DNA of 64,000 bases, from NCBI RefSeq assembly GCF_001194135.2, contig NC_068990.1, forward strand, positions 19,626,272 to 19,690,271. The letters run 5' to 3'. Position 1 is the first letter of the stretch; every line of letters starts with the position of its first letter. Below the pieces are notes generated by a model. It was not told the origin of the DNA, did no database searches, and worked only from the letters and a program-made list of their open reading frames with translations. This document shows positions 52,350 through 62,650 of this stretch, in pieces. The DNA is from Octopus bimaculoides. Lineage: Eukaryota. The position numbers and the translations under genes are program-made.

Positions 52350-53067
52350 AATTTCTTTATTACCCACAAGGGGCCAAACACAGATGGGACGATACACACA
52401 TGCGGGGACAATTAACACATGATAGAATGGAACAATGAAATTAAACAATGNNNNNNNNNNNNNNNNNNNNNNNNNNNNNNNNNNNNNNNNNNNNNNNNNN
52501 NNNNNNNNNNNNNNNNNNNNNNNNNNNNNNNNNNNNNNNNNNNNNNNNNNNNNNNNNNNNNNNNNNNNNNNNNNNNNNNNNNNNNNNNNNNNNNNNNNNN
52601 NNNNNNNNNNNNNNNNNNNNNNNNNNNNNNNNNNNNNNNNNNNNNNNNNNNNNNNNNNNNNNNNNNNNNNNNNNNNNNNNNNNNNNNNNNNNNNNNNNNN
52701 NNNNNNNNNNNNNNNNNNNNNNNNNNNNNNNNNNNNNNNNNNNNNNNNNNNNNNNNNNNNNNNNNNNNNNNNNNNNNNNNNNNNNNNNNNNNNNNNNNNN
52801 NNNNNNNNNNNNNNNNNNNNNNNNNNNNNNNNNNNNNNNNNNNNNNNNNNNNNNNNNNNNNNNNNNNNNNNNNNNNNNNNNNNNNNNNNNNNNNNNNNNN
52901 NNNNNNNNNNNNNNNNNNNNNNNNNNNNNNNNNNNNNNNNNNNNNNNNNNNNNNNNNNNNNNNNNNNNNNNNNNNNNNNNNNNNNNNNNNNNNNNNNNNN
53001 NNNNNNNNNNNNNNNNNNNNNNNNNNNNNNNNNNNNNNNNNNNNNNNNNNNNNNNNNNNNNNNNNNT

Positions 53068-54032
53068 GCATGTTGTGTCTGTGTGTCTGTGTTTTCAGGT
53101 TCTGTGCTTTTAGGTTTCTGTAACTCTGCGTTATCTTCTTCGCTTCCTAGTGTATGTATGTCTGTGTGTTTATGCATCTGTGTATCTGTATGTCTGTGCG
53201 ATTGTGAGACTGTATGATTCTGTGGTAATGTTCTGCTGCTATTATCTTCTTTCCTCAGTGATCCCACTTGATCCTGTGATTTGCATTTTTTCCCTTGTTC
53301 GACTTTCGGCGATGAACTCCTCCTTTCTTTCTTCCTTGATTTAGCTTCCTCAAAATCAGCTATCTGCTCCTCTACCTGTGACTGTTTCTTCTCCTCTATC
53401 ACGCCTTCTTGCGTTTCCATTATTTCTGGGCACCTTCTTCTAATGTGACCTCTTTTATCACATTCGTAGCACTTTGGAGGTCTCCCCTCCAACATTATCT
53501 CCAGTTTGTCCTCGTTAGGCAGCTCCAGTGTCTCCGGTATGTCACTATAAACTTTCTGACTTGCTATAAAAAGCACATTCAATCCATACCCCCAGCAATT
53601 TATTTGTTGGGTTCTGCTTATCATAATTATCCTTACATCTTCTCTTTCTCTTTCAGGAAAAACTGCTGCCATTACCCATTCCAACTCTATTTTCGGTGGG
53701 ATCCTACCCACTCTAATCCACGTTGGACGTCTACCCAACTTATTGGGAAAGAACATCCAATTTCCTTTAGTTAATGTTTTATTGGCGTATTTCTTTGCTG
53801 CCTCCTCCGATACAAATGTGATCTCTACAGACGCGTATGTCTTGCCTCTTGTAAAAAACGACACATCTTCTTGCAATTCCTTCAAACACTCCTCCACCTC
53901 CTCCTTCGTTGCACTCTCTATTCTTTTATTTTTCCTTGAAAAGGATTTATATTCCACGACTCCAATTTCCATTTTCGTCTTTTCCTCCTCTGATGGGGTC
54001 AACTTTACGTTTGGCCCCTCCTTCTTTATCAT
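53068..54032 (-). mobile_element. LINE ORF1 (gag-like; RRM-like region and CX2CX4HX4C knuckle), probably L1/Tx1-type, antisense to the host gene
   Basis: More than 320 uninterrupted codons between two gaps; ASVEITFVSEEAAKKY and WIRVGRIPP (RRM-like); knuckle CYECDKRGHIRRRC at 53430-53471; K/E-rich low-complexity C-terminal part. The clade call is inferred from architecture. Confidence 0.8.
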
Positions 54033-55129
54033 TTCTTTATATTTNNNNNNNNNNNNNNNNNNNNNNNNNNNNNNNNNNNNNNNNNNNNNNNNNNNNNNNN
54101 NNNNNNNNNNNNNNNNNNNNNNNNNNNNNNNNNNNNNNNNNNNNNNNNNNNNNNNNNNNNNNNNNNNNNNNNNNNNNNNNNNNNNNNNNNNNNNNNNNNN
54201 NNNNNNNNNNNNNNNNNNNNNNNNNNNNNNNNNNNNNNNNNNNNNNNNNNNNNNNNNNNNNNNNNNNNNNNNNNNNNNNNNNNNNNNNNNNNNNNNNNNN
54301 NNNNNNNNNNNNNNNNNNNNNNNNNNNNNNNNNNNNNNNNNNNNNNNNNNNNNNNNNNNNNNNNNNNNNNNNNNNNNNNNNNNNNNNNNNNNNNNNNNNN
54401 NNNNNNNNNNNNNNNNNNNNNNNNNNNNNNNNNNNNNNNNNNNNNNNNNNNNNNNNNNNNNNNNNNNNNNNNNNNNNNNNNNNNNNNNNNNNNNNNNNNN
54501 NNNNNNNNNNNNNNNNNNNNNNNNNNNNNNNNNNNNNNNNNNNNNNNNNNNNNNNNNNAAAAAAAAAAAAATAATAATTTCATTTAATTTCTATGCTGCA
54601 AAATATAAAAGACTGAAAAATATTTTTAACCACAATAAATTGTTCAATTTAGTTTCAAAGAAAAGAAAAAAAGTGTTTTAAATAGAAAGGACATACTTAA
54701 GGAAAGAATTGAAAATCTTAGAAAAAAGGTCTTATTGAAAATCAATTTAACAGACGTTTATTGCAACACAAAGAGTTGAAAAGCAGAATAATGGTCTTAA
54801 AATGTTATCATTTGAATTTATATTATTTGTGTAAACAAAATATCATTGGCAGTAATTTAGACAGATAATGGCTATGAGGAGATATTTCATAAATGAAATA
54901 TCATTTTGTGGACAATTGAACGATGATTTTCATTAATATTATGATGGATGGAGTGACAGAATTGTTAAACCAGCAGAAAATATTCGTTGTGGTTTTGCAT
55001 TGCGATAGTTTACAAGAAGAGATCGACTTTACTCTTTACCCTTACAAAGGCTGTTAAAATATGGAATGTTGCCTTTTCCCTATAAATGTGTAACATTAAA
55101 ATCCTTTATTCTTCTTAATATGAGGAGAT

Positions 55130-55680
55130 TGGTGAAGTAGTGGAATCGAGCGTCGCGAAAAATATTTATTGCGGCATTTTACGCTCTTAGTTCGAATCGC
55201 GCCGATGTCAAATTACCTTTCATCATTCCATGGTCGATAAGATAACGTACCAATCACAAAGTGGAGCCAGTTTAATTGGTTAGCCATCTCCATTAAGTAA
55301 CCTGCCAACTGTCTCTATTAGTAATTCTTATTATTAGGAGAGTGAATACTACACAGGTCTTCTGTATCATCCATCCTTGCCGGGTCGATAAAATAATAAG
55401 CCGTAAGGCGCAGGGATCGATATCAAGTATTTCCCCTGCCATCAAAATTGCTGGATTTGTGCCAAAAATAGAATTATTCTAAGAATTGTAAGGCGGTGAA
55501 GCAACAGAATTCTTGAAGCGTCCGGTTTGCTATATCTTTAATTCAAATCACGCTGAGATCAAATTTGCCTTTGATTCTTTAGGCTTCGATAAAATAAAAT
55601 ATCAGTCAAGTACATGTTCCAGTGATAACGACTGAAACTCCCCTCAAAACTGATGTCTTTGTTTCTAAGTAAAAACCATT
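55130..55680 (+). mobile_element. Three degenerate family A SINE pieces
   Basis: GTTCGAATCGCGCCGATGTC..TTACCTTTCATC; CATCCTTGCCGGGTCGATAAAATAA; AGGCGGTGAAGC.ACAGAAT...AATTCAAATC. Confidence 0.65.
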
Positions 55681-57364
55681 ATTAGAAAATGGTGATGTGT
55701 TCGCATCAATGAAGCGGTGTATGAAATGTTTAGTGGAATTTTGATACGCTTATTTACAATAATTTCGTGTTTGCGTCACACCAAAATGCACCTTGTCGTA
55801 CGTGTATTGCCGTCTGTGAAAAAAAATCAACCGATAATACATACTCGAACCCAAACTGAGATTGATTTACTCACTAAAGCCCATCTCCAAAATGCATACC
55901 GTGCTGGGATATTTTTAAATGATTTCATTTTATTATTAAAGCTGCGAACATGAGAATCGGTATTGTAACGGACAATGTTCCTTTACATTCTGAGGTCAAA
56001 TCCTACCGAATATAGCATAGCAATACGTCCTATTTCCGTATTTAATAAACACTTCGCAAATAAGCACCACAGATATGATATTCATTTGCAGATTCTGAAA
56101 ATAATTCGATCTTTCTTCAGTTTCCAATAACTACTATTCCTCTACAAAATCTATATGAGTTCCAAATGCAGTTCTACCTCTACGTCTGCAACGGTTTTGC
56201 TGAAAGGCATTTGCAGTCATCGAGAGGAGGGCTACTTGGGTGATTGTCACAAAGTCCCTCGGAAACAGTTTTCCGTCTCTACCACATATACATGTCTTTT
56301 TTTGTTCTCTCTTAAATTTTCTACCTTAGTTTCATCCCCTAGCGTCAGATCGTTTCTTACCTACCTCCAAAGACATATTTTTCCTGGAGCCGTTGACCTA
56401 TTACAGTTTCATGGTAATTTTAATGGCACCAGTATCAGTGTTTGCAGAGGTCTGCCAAAGCCATGAGTACTGGCCCACATCGAAGACTTCGTTGGTACAA
56501 GAAGCAAAATGTACCAAAGTCACACTATAGTAGGCTCTTATTTGCTACTTTTATTAAATAGATAACAAATAAGTACCGCAGCCGATTATTTTCTAAACAA
56601 TTATGGGTTGCCAATGTTAAAACTTCGAAAACATGTGAGCAAACACAGAATTGGCAGAGAATGAAACCATTAAGATATTTCCAAGAATATTTCTTTTACG
56701 TTCACTTATGTTTTGCGGTCAAATTACACACGATGTAATTTTGCATTTTTTTCCTTCAAGTGTCATAAAAACGAGTTCATTAAAAGAGATCAAAGTGAAA
56801 TGAGTTAAATGCCTTCTGTCGAATCCAAAACTTAGATGAGTCTCATGATGCAATTCTGCTTCCACATGAGTAACGGTAGTCCAATGGGTTGAATGCTTTG
56901 CTATCCTCAAAAGGGTCATCTCACGTTTGGAATTCAAAATGATTTTCATTTTATGGAGCCGACATAATAATGACAACAAATATACGGGAGTCGTTTTATA
57001 TTCCCCTCATCACTAATGGAATGTGTAGGACTCATATAAAGAATAGTTTAAGTTGTTATAGCGTGTTAGGAACATTGCATAAAGTGGTGTGTTAATTCGA
57101 ATGCTAAATGGACAATACATTTTGAAAATTTGAACGTAACGAAGATGTTGGTGCGTTACCTCTCATTTTATGAATCTCGCCTAATATTTCGAGATTAAAG
57201 TCCCTCCGTCAGAAGTCTACGGTGAGGAACTGTTCGGAGCTGCGTGTCTCTGTTGATATAGACTCGCTAAATTACTTTCCTTGTCAGTGAGTTGTGTTTT
57301 ATTTGTAGTTACTGGAAATAGAATGGGGATGACATCGTAAGGTGACTGACATATGTAAAACAAA

Positions 57365-57810
57365 ATGGCACTCCGGTGGTTAAGACGATGAGGGTTCCAA
57401 TTGATCTGATTAACCGAACAGCTTGCTCGCGAAATTAACGTGCATGTTGGTTGAGCACTCCACAAACACACGTGCCCCTAACATAGTCTTCGGCGAGATT
57501 CAGCGTGGAACAGTGCGTTATTTCTTTACTACCCACAAGGGGCTACACACAGAGGGGACAAACAAACACGGATTAAGTCGATTATATCGACCCCAGTGCG
57601 TAACTGGTACTTATTTAATCGACCCCGAAAGGATGAAAGGCAAAGTCGACCTCGGCGGAATTTGAACTCAGAACGTAGCGGCAGACGAAATACGGCTAAG
57701 CATTTCGCCCGGTGTGCTAACGTTCCTGCCAGCTCGCCGCCTTAGCGTGGAACAGTGTGTGTCAAGGCTGGCCCTTTGAAATACAGGTACTACATTTTTG
57801 CCAGCTCAGT
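57365..57810 (-). mobile_element. Family B SINE interrupted by a family A SINE
   Basis: GGCACTCCG...GAGGGTTCCA.TTGATC...GAGATTCAGCGTG[insert]AGCGTG..CAGTGTG..CAAGGCTGGCCCTTTGAAATACAGG. Confidence 0.88.
57516..57743 (-). mobile_element. Full-length young family A SINE with a 14-bp TSD
   Basis: AGCGTGGAACAGTG at 57502-57515 and 57744-57757 flanks a complete head-to-tail copy. Confidence 0.95.
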
Positions 57811-58235
57811 GAACTGAGTGACTATCATATGAACAATGTTGAATATCTGTTCACGCTTCTCTCAAGTATTGTACACCTTTGTATATGTTATCGTGTTAAA
57901 ATTATTTAAATAAGAACATGTGAAAATGTCTTCGATATCAAATGCTATGCGTGGCGTTGTAATCGCTTTAATATGTGAAATATTTGGAATTGAGTTACAT
58001 GTTCGGCCCATATGTGCGTGCGCTCCGTGCATGCGTGTTTACGTTAAGTATAGTGTGTCTAGTTTCAATTACCTGTCTACGTTGGCTACTCGTACTCATG
58101 TATATATGTACACATGCACAATCATATATACGTGTATTTGTATGTATTATCGTCCCTGTATACCTTGCATACATACAAACACACATACATATACATGCAA
58201 GTATGCATGCACACACACATATATATATATATTCT

Positions 58236-58575
58236 TTTACTTGTTTAAGTCATTTGACTGTGGCCATAATGGAGCACCACCTTTTTGCCGAGCTAATCGA
58301 CTCCAGGATTTATTCTTTCTAAGCCTAGTACTAGTTGCATCGATCTCTTTTGCTGAACATCGGTTGTCAAGTGATGGTGAGGGGACAAACACTGACACAC
58401 ATACACTCACACAAAAATATATACATATAAACGACTGGTTCCGTTCAATTTTCGTCTATCAAATCCACTCAGAAGGCTTTGGACTGCCTGAGGCTATAGT
58501 AGACACCTACCCAGGGTGCCACGCAGTGGGAGTCATTCAGGAACCATGTGGTTGGGAAGCAAGCTTCTTACCACA
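58236..58575 (-). mobile_element. Family C SINE, near full length
   Basis: TTCTTTTACTTGTTT.AGTCATTTGACTGTGGCCAT...CCCAGGGTGCCACGCAGTGGG...GAACCATGTGGTTGGGAAGCAAGCTTCTTACCACAC. Confidence 0.9.
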
Positions 58576-58658
58576 CACTTCTTATAAATTTTAACTTGTT
58601 TCCTCCATTTTTTAACGAATCTGACGGGTTTTATGGAACATCAGTCCATAAATTCATC

Positions 58659-58689
<31 letters not shown>

Positions 58690-59618
58690 AACACATATGC
58701 ACACACATGTATATATAAACAGATGCATACATAACTACATACATAAACAAATATATATATATATATTATACACACACACATATATATAGATAAATACATA
58801 TATATATATATGTATTATGCATATGTACTTATGTATGTATATGTTGGGAAGGTTACTTATTTATCAAACTATGTCGTCATGGTAATTTTTACTGAAACTT
58901 ACAGGTATAGTCGTGAAGAAACATAAAGTTTCCAGCTATTATGCATACGTACAGAAACACACACACACATATATTTATATATAGAAACACACTCACACAC
59001 ATAAAATGCTCACTTGCCATGCAGGTAGCTCTGGTTCGATTCCCGACCGATGTACATGTTTTTTCACAGCCGGAGCTCCAGCATGGTCACAGCGTTACGG
59101 CTGAAATGCTTGACAGAATAATAGAGTACATATGTGTGTGTATTTATATATATATATATAATATACATATGTACGTGTATACAATACACACATATGAATG
59201 TATAGATAAATACATGTAGTGTGTTCACAATAGATATTTTATCGCCTTTGTTGTGTATACGATTACTGTTTCAGATGTATCGTTTCTCAGCGTAAGACGT
59301 CCGTGTGTGAATTTTGACAGATTTTGCAATTTATTTTTGGCAGGTTGAACGACAACTGAATTGCTGTCTGGTTTCAGTATATCGTGATCGTCAGCTTTTA
59401 AAAGTGTTTGGTGTTGAAATTGTATTTGTCGCAGATTTATTACATATGTTCTGTTATTTATCTCAATATACATTTCAGGCGAATCGAAAACAGATAAAAT
59501 AGTGTCAAACTGCATGAAATGACAATACAAATATGTATTTTCAACAAAAAAATTACGCCGTAGAAAACTAGCTTTTAGAATTTTTTTGCATCTGAGTTAT
59601 TTGTCTATTTTCTAAGTT

Positions 59619-59964
59619 AAGGGTTCTCTACTATATTTTTATCTTTGGACACCTTAGATTACTATTTTATTCTGGTGGACCCCCGATAGCCATCCGATGT
59701 TTAAAAACTAGTTTTATGGAAACTTCTTTCGAAATTCCCATTTTGTTTTTCACACATTAACTTGTGTAGGTTGAACTATTTAAAATTAGAGAAAGAAGTT
59801 TAGCTGTTTTTTGCAATGCATATTAACACATATGTCTAAAGCAAATTTCTTTTCATTTGTCTTTAAAATTCTACTGTGGATCCCTAATTTACTATTATGC
59901 TGCGTTGATCCCATAAGGCTTATATAGCCCCTTAGAGACAATATGGATCTCGGTTGTGAACCAC
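59619..59964. mobile_element. Possible decayed hAT-type MITE
   Basis: Ends AAGGGTTCTCTAC and GGTTGTGAACCAC resemble the CAGTGGTTCTCAACC terminal repeat; internal TGGACCCCC and TGGATCCC motifs. No TSD recognised. Confidence 0.35.
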
Positions 59965-60195
59965 ATTTCTAAATTATTCAAACTGCTTACTTAGAAAATA
60001 TAAACATAATATACGATTGTAGGTGAACATCCTAAGAAGAAAGTTTTATCAATAAAACTTCTCATGCGTTTGTTAATGTGACGCTTTAAGAGATCTAATA
60101 GAGTTATCTGTCACCACGGCTTGCTTTCACACCAAAGTAATTGTAGTCCAATCGTGCAGCTCTTTATGCACGTGACTTTTACTATTGCTCCGGAC

Positions 60196-60530
60196 CTCTA
60201 GTCTTCATCAAGTGTCTTGGGGGAAATTTCGAACCTGAGTCCTCATTCCTAAGGTATTTTCGATGTTGTTGTTATTATTATTATTACAATTATTATTCAG
60301 GTCACTGGCGTAGTGGTTAAGAGCGCGGGCTATTAAAACCAAGATTCCGAGTTCGATTCCAGGCAGTAACCTGAATAATAATAGCGAAAAATACCTTAGG
60401 AATGAGAACCCTGGTTCGAAATTTCCCCAAGACATCTGATGAAGGCTGGAGGGTATATCAGCCAAAACGTTGTTAACAACAAACAAAATGAGGACAAATA
60501 TCCGTCAAATGTAAATAATGTGCATAAGTC
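60196..60530 (+). mobile_element. tRNA-headed SINE (family D) with a hammerhead-like 3' region, preceded by an inverted partial copy
   Basis: A box TGGCGTAGTGG and B box GAGTTCGATTCC (~60307-60360); CTGATGA-A-GGCTG-loop-CAGCC-AAAAC-GTT at 60436-60471; 60196-60308 is the reverse complement of 60364-60452. Confidence 0.8.
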
Positions 60531-61787
60531 CTCATCTCTTAAATATAGAACTGTATTAAAGTAACAGACTTAAAAATAAGTACTGAGGCTCGATTTTCCC
60601 CCGAAAGATATTGCAGGCTGCGTTATGCACAAGCTAATAATTCCAGTTGAATTTTAAAGCCCAGAATTGATAGAAAGTGAACCATCCATATATGTTCAAG
60701 TGTACCTTTGAAATCCAAACACAAGAGATAAATGCCTATAGAAAGACGTACCACAATAGCAGATTCCCTTCACTTTTTATCCTATAAAATTATAACACTG
60801 TCATAAATACCCTCACCGAAATATTCAATAAGTAGCGACTCGTAGAATTAAATATCTAATTCAGAAAGAAATCATCGGCTGTAAAATAATTTCCTGCTGT
60901 CGTATGATTTTTTTACGTATCTCTGTTCGGTCATTTTTAACCACAAATTTGATATCTGCTCGCCATCAATAGACAGAAATACAGTATTTTTTCTGCTTAA
61001 TTTCATTGGAAAGGTCACAAGTGGTGATGTCTGCCTTCATAAATTAATCTGATAGAATTTCTTTGATACAATTTTACGAATTTCTCTTCGTAAATTGAAT
61101 TTTACTTCGGGTAATCTCTCATAATACTGAAATTATCAACACATAAAATAAAATAAATAAACTTATTAGCCTGTTGACTCTCCCGATAGAATAGAGTTCT
61201 TTTTTTAATAAAATAAACAAAGTTTGAAATAATTTGATGAGATAAATTAATTTTCTTTTTTTTAAGAAATATTCATAAGCTAGAATATGATAAACTCTGC
61301 CACGCGCGCGCGTCTGCGTATGTTCGTATGTGAGCAAGTTTAAAACGATTTTTCATTTCTTTCTTGGTAACTTCTTTCTACATTTTTTAAACAGTAATGT
61401 CAGATTTCTTTATTTAATCTAGTTCCACATCACAATTGCTGAAATACCTATTTATCATTCCTGATAAGAAAATCTGTGGATAGTATGTCTCTCTTAGTAT
61501 GATTCGCTCTGTATGATCTTCCGCCTTGGAGAGATAAAATCCAATATCCTTTAGCAAATATTGAACTAGCTCAGTGAAATCTATACTATATCAATAAAAA
61601 CATACAAATATCACACTATCGCACAATCACATTTTCCCTTCTTTACAAATTCTATCCTCTTCTTTTTGTATTCTATTGTTTTGCATTTTTATTGATTTAT
61701 ATTATGTCTTCGATTTATTTACTATTGTTTAAAGCAATGCCACTTCTGGCAGCTTATTTTCGATCCTTTGCTGCTATTCTATTCCAG

Positions 61788-61943
61788 TTTTTAATCTGCA
61801 GCTTGGCCTTCACTACATTCTCAGTGGATAAGAAATACCCACAAAATCGACTTCAGCTTTCTTTCACACTCGTCCTCACGGCAGTGGCCTTCAAATCTGT
61901 TGTCAATCAGAGTTTACCGCGGATATCCTACCTCACATATATG
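61788..61943 (+). CDS. Internal exon of the same pentameric ligand-gated ion channel: second half of M1, M2 pore helix and M2-M3 loop
   Basis: Acceptor ctattctattccAG|TTT at 61787/61788 and donor ATG|GTAAGA at 61943/61944; 156 bp, phase 0/0. FLICSLAFTTFSVDKKYPQNRLQLSFTLVLTAVAFKSVVNQSLPRISYLTYM contains R0', T6', L9' and the LP-x-x-Y-x-T M2-M3 motif. Confidence 0.95.
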
Positions 61944-62047
61944 GTAAGAAATGAAACATTTTCCTTGTCTAATACTTCTTTAATTGTCCATAATTTGTAT
62001 ACCAGATGTCCCGTACTTTTGAATACCATGATATAAGAATATTAACA

Positions 62048-62650
62048 CGGCGAGCTGGCAGAATCATTACCGCACCAGTAAATGCTTAGCGGCATTTCTT
62101 ATGGCCTTACGTTCTGAGTTCAAATGCCGCAGACTTCGACTTTATCTTTCATCGCTTCGGGCTCGATAAAATAAGTACCAACAGAGCGATGGGGTCGATG
62201 TAATCAGCATGCTCTTTCCCTAAATTTGCTGGTTTTGTGTTAAATTCGAAATAATTGTATATGAATACTTATATATGATTTTAATGAGTGCGGAGTGCTG
62301 ATAGAAACGTTAACAAGTCTGACAAAAGACATTATGTTTTTTCTTTTGGCTTTGTGCTCTTAGTTCAAATGCTGTTTCGGTCTAATTTTCCTGTCTTTCT
62401 TTCAAGGATCGATAAAGTAAATACCAGCTGAGCATTGGGATTGATGTAATCGACTTACCGCTAAGGCGGCGAGCTGGCAGAATGGTTAACATGCTGGGCG
62501 AAATGCTTAGCGGTATTTCGTCTGTATTTATGTTCTGAGTTCAAATTCCGCCGAGGTCACCTTTGCCTTTCATCCTTTCAGGGTCGATAAATTAAGTACC
62601 AGTTGCGTACTGGGATCAATCTAATTGACTGGCTCTCTCTCCCCAAATTT
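62048..62650 (+). mobile_element. Three tandem family A SINEs just downstream of the M2 exon
   Basis: Copies at ~62048-62240, ~62290-62460 (decayed) and ~62465-62640. Confidence 0.88.

Noticed and set aside
60300-60372. Possible true tRNA gene (GGTCACTG...CAGTAACC closing stem, A and B boxes)
   Set aside because: The 5' GGTCACTG comes from the inverted SINE copy, no clean anticodon arm is present, and SINE body sequence follows. Other A/B-box hits are also SINE heads.
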